Assembly (NCBI GenBank): GCA_963735035.1
Contig: CAVTJJ010000003.1
Span: 832,001-896,000, forward strand
Reading direction: 5' to 3'
DNA from: an uncultured candidate division Zixibacteria bacterium
GTDB lineage: Bacteria; Zixibacteria; MSB-5A5; GN15; FEB-12
DNA length: 64,000 bases
Of the stretch, positions 46,357 to 55,500 are shown piece after piece; positions within the stretch are counted from its first letter, which is position 1, and every line of letters begins with the position of its first letter. A program made the translations under genes and the position numbers. Below the pieces are notes generated by a model. That model was not told the origin of the DNA. It saw nothing but the letters and a program-made list of their open reading frames with translations, and searched no databases.

Positions 46357-49300
46357 TCATTCGTGCTCTGTGCCGTGGCACAGATTGCAGAGTTTGCGGG
46401 TCTTGTCTGCTATCAGCAGATTCTTTTCCGTCGTAGAGTGCGGCGAATGACACCCGGTACATATTAATTCGGTACGAGTTCGTGGATCCAACACTCCCGC
46501 TCCCATCGGATGGAAATGCGTCTTCTGGGCGTCCTCATGACAGCCCGTGCACAATTTCATGATATCCGGTGAAGCGAGCAGGTTCTTGTAATCGCTCGAA
46601 TGCGGGTCGTGACAGGTGCCGCAATCCTCAAAGGCGGGCGGATGCTTCACCGGCCCGGTGAATTCTCTGGTATTGTGGCAGCTCAGGCACTGCTGGACGC
46701 CGTCCTTCTTCTGCAATCCGGCGCCGAATCCGACGTGCGGCGAGTGACAGGCAGTGCAGGAACCCGGGGTTTCGAGCGCCGGGTGCACGACCGCCTTCGA
46801 AGTCAGTTTGGTAGCATCGGCATGGCACTTGGCGCAGAGTTGAACGCCGGTGGCAACGAACTGCGTGGGCGATGAACCCTGATGGCAGTCGGGGCACCGG
46901 CCCTGAGTAAACGGCTTGTGGCTCTTCGGCAACAGCAGGCCGGTGGCGCCTTTCGCTCCCACGTGCGACGCATGGCAGCTCTGGCAATCGGTTCCGGAAA
47001 TGTCGAAGCCCTTGTGAGCGACACCCATCGCCGGTGACGTCAAATTATGACACTTGCCACAGAGCGCTTTCTTGTCGGTCACGAGCAGGGCTTTGTGGGT
47101 CCCGGCGTGGACTTCGTGACAGGCAACACACTTGCCGTTCTTCGCCGGCGGATGCACCTGGCCTTTATCAAATGATTCCTTGAGCGCCGAATGGCAATCA
47201 AGGCAGATTACTTCGGAAGGTTCCTTCAATAGCCCGGCATTGGCCGAGGCGTGCGGCTTGTGACATTCGGTGCATTTCTTCTCGGCGAACGGTCGATGTA
47301 CCGATGGCAGCGTGTCCAGCTTGCGCAGGTCGTCGTGACACTGGAAACACAACAGACTCGCTTCAGCTTTCAAGAGCTTGGGCTCGTCGGCGGCGTGCAC
47401 CCGGTGACAGCCGACACATTCGCCGCCCGCGAACGGCGGATGTTGCGTCGATAGTTTCATTTCGGCGGCCAGGCCGTCGTGACAGGTGGTACAGACCTCA
47501 GTGAGATTGGTCGCCAAAACAACCGAGCCGTCCGGGCCTTTGGTATGGCAGTCTTCGCAAGCCCCTTCGGCGAACGGCGGGTGCTCGATCGAGCGCACCA
47601 GCTTGGCAGCGGTCGATATATGCGGATTGTGACAATCCAGACAGTCGGCCTTGGCGACGTTGAATCCCTTGTGAGCGGCATCAAGAGTGGAGTCGACCGT
47701 ATGACACTGCACACACAATTCCGGCGCGGGAGCTTTGACAAATCCGGGCTGGTCGGATCCATGCGAGACGTGACAGGCGTCGCAATTGCCGTCCTTTACC
47801 GGCTTGTGCGCGATATTCTTCTGAATCCTGTCGCCCATCTCCTGATGGCAGACATAGCAGAGGGAGGCCCGCTGATCGGTGAGCGACGGCTGAACCATCA
47901 CCATCTGCCCGCTCACCAGCATGTTCGTAGACCGCCCGGCAATTAACCCGGCCCGTTCGGCGCCATGCGGATTATGACAGCCGGTGCAGTCGCCGTCTTT
48001 AGCCGCCGTATGCACATGGGCTTTCTGCAATCCCAGTTCACTGCTGTCGTGACAACCCACGCACAGCTTGGCGGGCGCCTCGGTCAGAAGATTCTGCTCG
48101 TTGCCGTAATGGGGCACGTGACAGGTCAGACAGTCTTCGCCGGCCGGGGCATGCTTGTGCTGCAAATTGAGCATGCTGCCGATCTGCTCGTGGCAACCTA
48201 GACAAAGAACGGGGCCCTCCGCCCGAAGCAACGCCTTCTTCGTACTGAAGTGCGGCTGATGACAGCCGGCACAATTGCCGGTCATGTAAGGCGAATGTGC
48301 CGAGGCCGCCGTCTGAGCTTTCGCATCCGGTTCGTGACAATCGGCACAGAGCTGCTCCACCGGTTTGCGCAACATTGCCTTGCCGATACCCTCGTGCGGC
48401 GAATGACACGACAGACAATCTTCTAGCGCGGCGTGGACCGACATCGATGAATCCCGTGTCGCCGCCATCGCGGTATGACACTGCAAGCAGAGCTCAGCTC
48501 CGTTCTTGCGCAACAGATGCGTCCGCTCGGAACCGTGCGGTTCGTGACAGGAACTGCACTGGCCCAACAAAGCCGGCTGATGCTTTACTAGATCCGATTG
48601 AGTAGTAATTTCGGAGTGGCAATCCCGGCACAGCTCTCCCTCACCCTTGACTAATAGTTTATCCTGGCGGGAACTATGCGGCTTGTGACAGTCGGAACAA
48701 TTGTCCGCACTTACTGCCGGGTGAGGCACCGGCTTCGAGGCGCCTGCCGCCTGTTGGTCGTGACAGGTCGCACAGACCGAATTCGCAGTAGTGCCGGCTG
48801 CGAAAGTAACCTTGCCGCTAGCATCGGGCAACGAATGGCAGGTCTCGCATTCACCGTCCGCAAACGGAGCATGCGCCCGGCGTGACAATAGACCCGGCTT
48901 GGCGGTCGCATGACCCGAGTGGCAATCAGTACAGCCCAGAGCCTCGGTGTTCTTGCCGGCATGAGCCTTGGCCATCGCCGCCGCATCATCTTTGTGACAG
49001 CTCATGCACAGAGCGCTTCCCTCCTGCTTCAACAGGGAGGGATGGGCGGAGTTATGAGCTTCGTGGCAAACCAGACAGTTCAGTTCGTTGAACGGCTTGT
49101 GCGGATGAGCCGCTTTCAGCGACTCAGACACTTCGGCATCATGACACAACAGACACGACGCCGGGTCATCGGTCCCCTCCACCACCGGATACAGCATCGC
49201 CTTCTTGTCCGAAGCGTGAGGACTGTGGCAATCCCAGCAGACCCCCTGTCCGACCGGCGTGTGAACTGTACCCGCGGCAAATTTTTCCTGCAGGTCTTTG

Positions 49301-49557
49301 TGGCAAGAGAAGCAAAGCTGATTGTCGTAGAATTTTAGAACCAGATTCTGAGCAAATCCGTGCCGCCCATGACAGGACTCGCACTGTTCCTTCTTGACCG
49401 GATCATGAACGAATTTTCGGGAACTGAATTCCGACTTCTGCTTCTTGTGGCAATCTAAGCAGGTCTTGGCGGCAAACAGGTCGGCGGCCGAGAACAGCAG
49501 CGTTATGGCGAAGAGAATACTAGAAAGACGAAAGAACCTCGATGAAGCGCGAGACAT
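46357..49557 (-). CDS. Giant periplasmic multiheme cytochrome c with 42 CxxCH motifs
   Basis: Signal peptide; 42 CxxCH counted by hand in 1066 aa, arranged as repeated H-x-P...CxxCH-x-PH...LL...LCxxCH pairs. Confidence 0.93.
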   Translation of the reverse strand: MSRASSRFFRLSSILFAITLLFSAADLFAAKTCLDCHKKQKSEFSSRKFVHDPVKKEQCESCHGRHGFAQNLVLKFYDNQLCFSCHKDLQEKFAAGTVHTPVGQGVCWDCHSPHASDKKAMLYPVVEGTDDPASCLLCHDAEVSESLKAAHPHKPFNELNCLVCHEAHNSAHPSLLKQEGSALCMSCHKDDAAAMAKAHAGKNTEALGCTDCHSGHATAKPGLLSRRAHAPFADGECETCHSLPDASGKVTFAAGTTANSVCATCHDQQAAGASKPVPHPAVSADNCSDCHKPHSSRQDKLLVKGEGELCRDCHSEITTQSDLVKHQPALLGQCSSCHEPHGSERTHLLRKNGAELCLQCHTAMAATRDSSMSVHAALEDCLSCHSPHEGIGKAMLRKPVEQLCADCHEPDAKAQTAASAHSPYMTGNCAGCHQPHFSTKKALLRAEGPVLCLGCHEQIGSMLNLQHKHAPAGEDCLTCHVPHYGNEQNLLTEAPAKLCVGCHDSSELGLQKAHVHTAAKDGDCTGCHNPHGAERAGLIAGRSTNMLVSGQMVMVQPSLTDQRASLCYVCHQEMGDRIQKNIAHKPVKDGNCDACHVSHGSDQPGFVKAPAPELCVQCHTVDSTLDAAHKGFNVAKADCLDCHNPHISTAAKLVRSIEHPPFAEGACEDCHTKGPDGSVVLATNLTEVCTTCHDGLAAEMKLSTQHPPFAGGECVGCHRVHAADEPKLLKAEASLLCFQCHDDLRKLDTLPSVHRPFAEKKCTECHKPHASANAGLLKEPSEVICLDCHSALKESFDKGQVHPPAKNGKCVACHEVHAGTHKALLVTDKKALCGKCHNLTSPAMGVAHKGFDISGTDCQSCHASHVGAKGATGLLLPKSHKPFTQGRCPDCHQGSSPTQFVATGVQLCAKCHADATKLTSKAVVHPALETPGSCTACHSPHVGFGAGLQKKDGVQQCLSCHNTREFTGPVKHPPAFEDCGTCHDPHSSDYKNLLASPDIMKLCTGCHEDAQKTHFHPMGAGVLDPRTRTELICTGCHSPHSTTEKNLLIADKTRKLCNLCHGTEHE

Positions 49558-49567
49558 AAAACCCCCG

Positions 49568-50143
49568 CTAGTGCGGCTTGGCCGTGGAGTCGGCCGGTAA
49601 CGGCTTCGATACCGGTTTTGGTCTCTCGACCTTCACGAACCGGTCACTTACTTTGAAGTCAACTAAACGGAAGCCGAACATGTCGTTCCGGCGAAAGTGC
49701 GGAGCATCGGTGAAAAAGAAACCCCAGCTCTCCTGTACCAACGAATCCCCGACCATCACGCGTACGCGCACCGCGGGGTTGTACAGAGTGTCCGACAACT
49801 GCATGACCTTACCGCTGTCAGTGATCGTGAAATGAGGATTGAACAGGATCACCTCACCCACATCGTCACCTTCACCAAGCGGGAACTTCTGGTTCATCTT
49901 GACCGTGTCAATTTGTGAAAAACCGGTGAAAACCCGGTGCTTGGTCTCAATGACGTAATAGTCATCAGGCGAAGCGACCGCCGCCGCCGGGGCAGCGTCA
50001 TGACTGGGCAACAAAACCGGCGTCTGACCGGCAGGAACTTTGACTGAATCAGTCTCGGCCAACGCGACCGCTACCGCTGCAACTGCAAATGTCACAACAA
50101 GTAGGGGTCGAACGGACCATTTCTCAAACCACATCTTTCGCAT
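49568..50143 (-). CDS. Exported protein with ResB-like beta-rich segment
   Basis: Signal peptide; NPAVRVRV...QESWGFFFTDAPHF resembles the ResB periplasmic region; start uncertain. Confidence 0.5.
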   Translation of the reverse strand: MRKMWFEKWSVRPLLVVTFAVAAVAVALAETDSVKVPAGQTPVLLPSHDAAPAAAVASPDDYYVIETKHRVFTGFSQIDTVKMNQKFPLGEGDDVGEVILFNPHFTITDSGKVMQLSDTLYNPAVRVRVMVGDSLVQESWGFFFTDAPHFRRNDMFGFRLVDFKVSDRFVKVERPKPVSKPLPADSTAKPH

Positions 50144-50275
50144 CAAAATAAGAGTAACAGGATCGGACCGGTATGTCAATACGTATTTGGGAATAGGATA
50201 CCAGGTAGTAATGATTGATAACCGCTCTTGATAAGCATTGAGCGTGGCCTACCGAAGCGATTCTTGTAAAATTCG

Positions 50276-51082
50276 CTATTCGAATTCGTGGCAGGCCAGA
50301 CAAAGCGCCCGGGGTGAACCAAGATCGATCAGCCGATTCTTCGTCACGCTGGTCAACTGGTGACAGGTCTGACACTCCATCCGACCACCGTACAACTGCA
50401 GGCGCGGATCCAAATCGCGACGTACCCGAACACCGCTCCGGAAATCGGCGTGACGCTCGATCTGTCCGACCGGGTGCATCCGGTGACTGCTGAACCGTGG
50501 GACGTTGGCCTGATCGATTCCCTCAACCGACAGGTTTTGTTCTTCGCCATGACAGAGGAGGCAGCTTTCCGACGAAGTCAGACCGGCCATGGCGGGATAA
50601 TTCGTATGGTACAACCCGGCCGCCTGTCGATGACCCTCGGAGAGCATGTCCATCCGGACAGTGCCGTCGTGGCAGGCCGAGCATACATCGGGTCCGGCCG
50701 AAAGACTCGGAGCAAATACATTCCCGCTCGCGCTGATCATACCCGGCTCGTGATACACATGACAATCGCCGCAGGGGCGGTTTGGATTTTGGTGGAAGGC
50801 GGCCGCAAGACCGTTCTGAGGGCCATCGGATTTGCCGTGGCACGACCGGCATCGTTGTGTCGGTGACGGCGCTACAGACGTTTCGTCCAACGAAGCCACC
50901 AGGCTATGGCAGACGGAGCAATCGATTTTCGCATGGCTGTTACTTGCAGTGGCGGGGGCTCCGATATTGTCGGTCCGGCCGAATACGCCCACTCCACAGA
51001 CGAAAACGATGACAATGCCATGACTCCAGAAGCGTGATCTTCTCATACGCCCCATATCGGCTCGGAAAGGGGCCGATGACAT
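50276..51082 (-). CDS. Multiheme cytochrome c (7 CxxCH)
   Basis: CSVCH, CRSCH, CGDCH, CSACH, CLLCH, CQTCH, CLACH; N-terminal hydrophobic segment; start uncertain. Confidence 0.85.
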   Translation of the reverse strand: MSSAPFRADMGRMRRSRFWSHGIVIVFVCGVGVFGRTDNIGAPATASNSHAKIDCSVCHSLVASLDETSVAPSPTQRCRSCHGKSDGPQNGLAAAFHQNPNRPCGDCHVYHEPGMISASGNVFAPSLSAGPDVCSACHDGTVRMDMLSEGHRQAAGLYHTNYPAMAGLTSSESCLLCHGEEQNLSVEGIDQANVPRFSSHRMHPVGQIERHADFRSGVRVRRDLDPRLQLYGGRMECQTCHQLTSVTKNRLIDLGSPRALCLACHEFE

Positions 51083-51335
51083 TTCCTCCCGCTATTTTGG
51101 CGCGGTTGCGCCTCAGGTTGTTTAACCGCTGAATACGCTGTTCAGACGGTGAACAGAAAATGACTCGGGAGTTGTCCTAAATTCACGCCGATGACCGCGT
51201 TACCACGATTTCCCACTCCAGCTTGCCCCGCGGATACAATCGAAATAGACCAAAAGACTCCAAGTTCGGGAACCGCTACGATATGGCCAGTGTATTAGCT
51301 ATTAGTTGTCACTTTGAAAATAAGGAACTCGCCGC

Positions 51336-51890
51336 TTGACCGCAGCCAAACCCCTTTTCACACCCGTTCGAACCGCTTCGCAGAAACACTTGTTCGAACG
51401 ACTACTGGTAGGCGTCATTATCATGCTTATCGTGATGGCGTTCACCCCATCGAACGTCCACGCCGAGGACCCGTCGGCAACAGTCGCGACTATCGACTCC
51501 GTTCTCGCGCATTCTCTCGTCCTGAAAGATAAAGTTGTGTACGTCGACTTCTGGGCGTCCTGGTGTACGCCGTGCCGCCACTCCTTTCCCAAGATGAAAG
51601 AACTCGCTGAGAAATATGCCGGCAAGGGCTTTCAGATAGTCACGGTCAATCTTGATAAGAAGCACGCCGATGCCGAGAAGTTTCTCCGTGAGACACAGAC
51701 TGCTTTTCAGGTGGTATATGACTCCACCGGCTCCGTCGCCAAACTGTTCAAAGTCGACGCCATGCCGACCTCGTTCTTATACGGTCGTGATGGCCGTCTG
51801 CAAACGCGCTTTCGGGGATTCAAGGACGACGAGTCCGAGACTCTCACTACAACAATTAGTAATCTTCTCATTAGGGAGAATTCTAAATGA
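51336..51890 (+). CDS. TlpA disulfide reductase family protein
   Basis: VYVDFWASWCTPC, VNLD, MPTSFL; start uncertain. Confidence 0.92.
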   Translation: MTAAKPLFTPVRTASQKHLFERLLVGVIIMLIVMAFTPSNVHAEDPSATVATIDSVLAHSLVLKDKVVYVDFWASWCTPCRHSFPKMKELAEKYAGKGFQIVTVNLDKKHADAEKFLRETQTAFQVVYDSTGSVAKLFKVDAMPTSFLYGRDGRLQTRFRGFKDDESETLTTTISNLLIRENSK

Positions 51891-52120
51891 ACCGCAAGTC
51901 TCTGGCTGGAATGTTACTGATAGCCATCCTGGCCGCCGGCGCTTTCTCGGGTTGTGCCGGAGTGGGTGTGCAGGTATGGGAGCGCGACGTTCTCGCCAAG
52001 CGTGAGATGCAGCTCGACAACGGCGCTCTGGATAAAGCCCTGGATGATCATATCTACTTCAGCAAGGAAGCATCATCCGGTGGCAGCGGCTTTGGCGGTG
52101 GAGGCTGTGGGTGCAACTGA
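51887..52120 (+). CDS. DUF4266 lipoprotein
   Basis: Lipobox FSGC; WERDVLA, HIYFSKEASSGG..GGGGCGCN. Confidence 0.92.
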   Translation: MNRKSLAGMLLIAILAAGAFSGCAGVGVQVWERDVLAKREMQLDNGALDKALDDHIYFSKEASSGGSGFGGGGCGCN

Positions 52121-53409
52121 ACCGAGCCAGATCAATCAGGCCCGCTCTCGCGACCATTACGGCCGCCCTTCTCGGTACTGGTGTCAGCGCCCAGACGGAG
52201 CTATCCAAGGTTGAATCGTCGCTGCTAGTCTATTCCGAAACGAGTCGCGTTAAGGCGCTGGAAAGCGTTACCGGTCTCACCTGGAAACTCAAAAACGATC
52301 GCACGGCCAGTGTCAAGTTTACCTACGACGGCCTCACCGGTGCCTCGCCCAACGGCGCGGCCCCCTCGCGTAACATCCAGACCTTTACCCGCCCTTCGGG
52401 TCAGGCAGGCTACTCTGTAGCCCCGGGGACAATTCCTCTGGACAACACGTTCCACGACACCCGTCTGTCCCTGGATGGCAGCTTATCTCTGCCGCTGACA
52501 CGTCTCGTGGTCAGTTCGTTCGGCGGGCATTATTCGACCGAACATGACTATTCCTCTTTCGGCCTCAACTCCAGTCTGACTCTGGATCTCTTCCGAAAGA
52601 ATACGACTCTGGGTGTCTCGGGGTCGCTATCTCACGATCTGGTCTCGCCTAAGAGCGGAGCCCCGACACCTATGGCGACCCTTGTGGCACCAGTGGTAGT
52701 AGTCGGTGATGGCGAGGGCGAAGGGGAAGGCGGTGCTGTTGGTCCTGCCAAAACCAAGAACGTCTTCGACGCCGTCTTCAGTCTGACTCAGATTCTGGAT
52801 CGGAAGACCCTGGCTCGCTTCAATTATTCGTATAGCCGTTCGTCCGGCTATCTCAACGACCCGTACAAGATTCTGAGCGTAGTGCAGAATCCCAGCGATT
52901 CGGCGCCCGGTGAACCGGTCGGCTACATCTATGAGGCCCGCCCCGATCTGCGCACGAAATACGCCTGGTTCGGACAGATACGACGATACATCGCTGGAAA
53001 CACAATCGATCTATCATACCGCTACTTCTGGGATAACTGGGGAATCAAGTCTCGCACGACCGAGGTATTCTATCTCCAGCAACTGGGCCGGGGATATGCC
53101 ATCAAACCGCACGTTCGCTGGTACCAGCAGACCCAGGCCGACTTCTACCGCCAGTTTCTCGCGAGCGGCAGCCCGCTCCCTAAATACGCTTCGGCTGACT
53201 ACCGGCTTGGGGCTTTCGACGCTAACACGTACGGACTGCAGTTCATCATGCCGGTCGGCGAGCGAACCCATTTCAACATCGCCGCCGAGTACTACCGACA
53301 GATCGGCAAACGGGGACCGCCAAACGAATTGGGTGTACTGCGCGAATTCAAGCTGTTCCCGGACATGAGCTCGGTCATGGTCAGAACGGGGATCACGGTT
53401 GATTTCTAA
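52111..53409 (+). CDS. DUF3570 outer-membrane protein with flavinylation motif
   Basis: MQL start overlapping DUF4266; DGLTGAS, STEHDY, GYLNDPYK, YRYFWDNWGI, ASADYRL; C-terminal Phe. Confidence 0.88.
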   Translation: MQLNRARSIRPALATITAALLGTGVSAQTELSKVESSLLVYSETSRVKALESVTGLTWKLKNDRTASVKFTYDGLTGASPNGAAPSRNIQTFTRPSGQAGYSVAPGTIPLDNTFHDTRLSLDGSLSLPLTRLVVSSFGGHYSTEHDYSSFGLNSSLTLDLFRKNTTLGVSGSLSHDLVSPKSGAPTPMATLVAPVVVVGDGEGEGEGGAVGPAKTKNVFDAVFSLTQILDRKTLARFNYSYSRSSGYLNDPYKILSVVQNPSDSAPGEPVGYIYEARPDLRTKYAWFGQIRRYIAGNTIDLSYRYFWDNWGIKSRTTEVFYLQQLGRGYAIKPHVRWYQQTQADFYRQFLASGSPLPKYASADYRLGAFDANTYGLQFIMPVGERTHFNIAAEYYRQIGKRGPPNELGVLREFKLFPDMSSVMVRTGITVDF

Positions 53410-54301
53410 AACGGCGACAGAATTCGCGTTGACGCGCACGGACGACGGCTGGCTCGTGAGCTACTCCGCCATGGCCAGTCCCTGTGAGATACATTTGAAT
53501 TCAATATCAAAGAGCGAGGCCGAGGAATCGGCCTCGCTTGCCTTTTCCGAGACCCGGCGAATCGAACAGAAATACAGCCGGTATCGCACCGACAACATCA
53601 TCCACGCCATAAATCATTCGAATGGAAGTCCGGTTGAGGTCGACAATGAAACCGCACGTATATTCAACTACTCCGATCAGTGCTACCAGCTCAGCGAGCA
53701 TATGTTCGATATTACATCGGGCGTGCTTCGCAAAGCGTGGAAATTCGACGGGCGAGAGGTCAACGTCGACGAGACGCTGATTTCGTCGCTGCTCGATCTG
53801 GTCGGTTGGGACAAAGTAGTCTGGAGCGATGACAAGATTACGCTTCGGCCGGGGATGGAACTCGATCTGGGAGGCGTGGGCAAAGAGTACGCGGTCGATC
53901 GGGTAGCTGAGATGCTTTTCAGGGCCTGCAACTCACCTGTCATGGTGAATTTCGGCGGCGATATTAGAACCGTCTGCCCGACTGATCGGCCACATATCTG
54001 GACGATTGGAATAGAGAAGCCGGAGACTGAGAGCACGGCGGTTGGACAGATCGAACTAACCAGTGGTGGGGTCGCCACCAGTGGCGACGCACGTCGTTTC
54101 TGCCTCCATAGGGGCAAGAGACTTGGACATATACTTAACCCGCTCACCGGCTGGCCCGTGATAGGCGCGCCACGAAGTGTCACGGTCATATCGGATCTCT
54201 GCACCGAAGCCGGATTGTTTTCGACCCTGGCCATGCTTCAAGGCGAATCCGCCGAAGAATTCCTCGACGCTCAGCAGGTGAAATTTCACTGCATACGCTG
54301 A
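53399..54301 (+). CDS. apbE: FAD:protein FMN transferase (ApbE)
   Basis: AMASP, SRYR, FDITSG, LDLGGVGKEYAVD, NFGGD, ATSGD, HILNPLTGWP, SVTV. Confidence 0.93.
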   Translation: MISKTATEFALTRTDDGWLVSYSAMASPCEIHLNSISKSEAEESASLAFSETRRIEQKYSRYRTDNIIHAINHSNGSPVEVDNETARIFNYSDQCYQLSEHMFDITSGVLRKAWKFDGREVNVDETLISSLLDLVGWDKVVWSDDKITLRPGMELDLGGVGKEYAVDRVAEMLFRACNSPVMVNFGGDIRTVCPTDRPHIWTIGIEKPETESTAVGQIELTSGGVATSGDARRFCLHRGKRLGHILNPLTGWPVIGAPRSVTVISDLCTEAGLFSTLAMLQGESAEEFLDAQQVKFHCIR

Positions 54302-54311
54302 CTTGATGCCA

Positions 54312-54734
54312 CTATTCGCGTGAATCCGGGGTGAGGATGTATCCTTCGCTGCGGACTGATTTGATTAGCTGGCGCGACTCCCCACTGTCGCCGAGTTTTC
54401 GCCTCAGGCGGGATACCCTCAGGTCGATAGTCCGGTCAAGCCCGTCGTACTCCATACCGAGGACCTGCCGAAACAATTCGTCGCGCGAGACCACCTTCCC
54501 GGGGTGAGCCGCCAGATAATCCAGCACCTCAAACTCGGCCGAAGTCAGGGAAATATCACGATTGTCGACCGAAGCGATACGGGACATGCGATTGAGACTG
54601 AGCCGTCCTACCCCCAGGGGCTCGATACTTACGTGGGCTGACTCGGAGCTTTCGTTCATTATCATAATATGACCGTCCAGCAGAAGTCGGTTCGGGCGAT
54701 GGTTCTGGTCCGACGCCGGACCGATACAAATCAT
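54312..54734 (-). CDS. Stand-alone OmpR/RstA-type winged-helix DNA-binding protein (no receiver domain)
   Basis: LTSAEFEVL, VVSRDEL, DRTIDLRVSRLRRKLGD, IKSVRSEGY; start uncertain (perhaps near 54665). Confidence 0.78.
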   Translation of the reverse strand: MICIGPASDQNHRPNRLLLDGHIMIMNESSESAHVSIEPLGVGRLSLNRMSRIASVDNRDISLTSAEFEVLDYLAAHPGKVVSRDELFRQVLGMEYDGLDRTIDLRVSRLRRKLGDSGESRQLIKSVRSEGYILTPDSRE

Positions 54735-54978
54735 CGCGATACAATCCTGACAGCTCAGGTCCTGAAAAGGATTAATGCTCTCAGAAGGAATAATTGGAGC
54801 GGTACTTTCGAATCAATGAAGTCAGGTGACGGAGCAGATCGTTCGGCTGGTTAAGAATCAATGGCACAATATGTTACGGCGGCCTGCAAGTGCTCTGGAA
54901 AACTGGCCGTTCGACTTTGTCTACAGACCCAAAAAAAACGAAAAAAACTTCAGTTCGATCTTGACACTGCCGACGTAT

Positions 54979-55000
54979 AATAGCATATTGACATGCGATT
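54979..55000. promoter_or_regulatory. Putative Rrf2 operator, copy 1
   Basis: AATAGCAT-ATTGAC-ATGCGATT, 13 nt upstream of the rrf2 ATG. Confidence 0.68.
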
Positions 55001-55013
55001 AGGAATTTAACTT

Positions 55014-55433
55014 ATGATTTCCAGAACCGGAACCCACGCCACTCTTGCACTCGCCTTCCTGGCCCGACTTAAGCCGGGCGAGTATGCCGGCGCCTCCCAG
55101 ATTGCAACCCAGGTCGGTGCGCCCCGCAACTACCTGGGTAAGCTCTTGAAGATTCTCGCGGCCGAGGGTCTAGTCGAGTCTCAAAAAGGCTTTGGAGGCG
55201 GCTTTCGACTGGCGCGAGCCGGCGGCAAAATCACACTTTACGACATCCTCGAGCCGGTAGAGAAAGTCAGCAAATGGAACGGCTGCTTCATGGGGCACGC
55301 CCGCTGCAACGAAAAAGATCCCTGTGCCGTCCATGACCGCTGGAGCAAAGTTCGCAGCGACTACCTGAATTTTTTGAAAGCGACCACGATCAACGACGTC
55401 GCCGACGGAAACGTCCCGCTGTCGGAGAACTAA
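55014..55433 (+). CDS. Rrf2 family Fe-S transcriptional regulator
   Basis: YLGKLL, VESQKGFGGGFRLAR, C-x6-C-x5-CAVH. Confidence 0.92.
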   Translation: MISRTGTHATLALAFLARLKPGEYAGASQIATQVGAPRNYLGKLLKILAAEGLVESQKGFGGGFRLARAGGKITLYDILEPVEKVSKWNGCFMGHARCNEKDPCAVHDRWSKVRSDYLNFLKATTINDVADGNVPLSEN

Positions 55434-55452
55434 AATGCTTGGGCGTGTATAT

Positions 55453-55474
55453 AATCGTATAATAACATGTGATT
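55453..55474. promoter_or_regulatory. Putative Rrf2 operator, copy 2
   Basis: AATCGTAT-AATAAC-ATGTGATT upstream of the hemerythrin gene. Confidence 0.68.
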
Positions 55475-55500
55475 CTACTGTAAATGCAAAGGAGTATATT

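Noticed and set aside
55435..55500. N-terminal extension of the hemerythrin ORF
   Set aside because: Region holds the putative operator and the AAGGAG RBS for ATG 55501.
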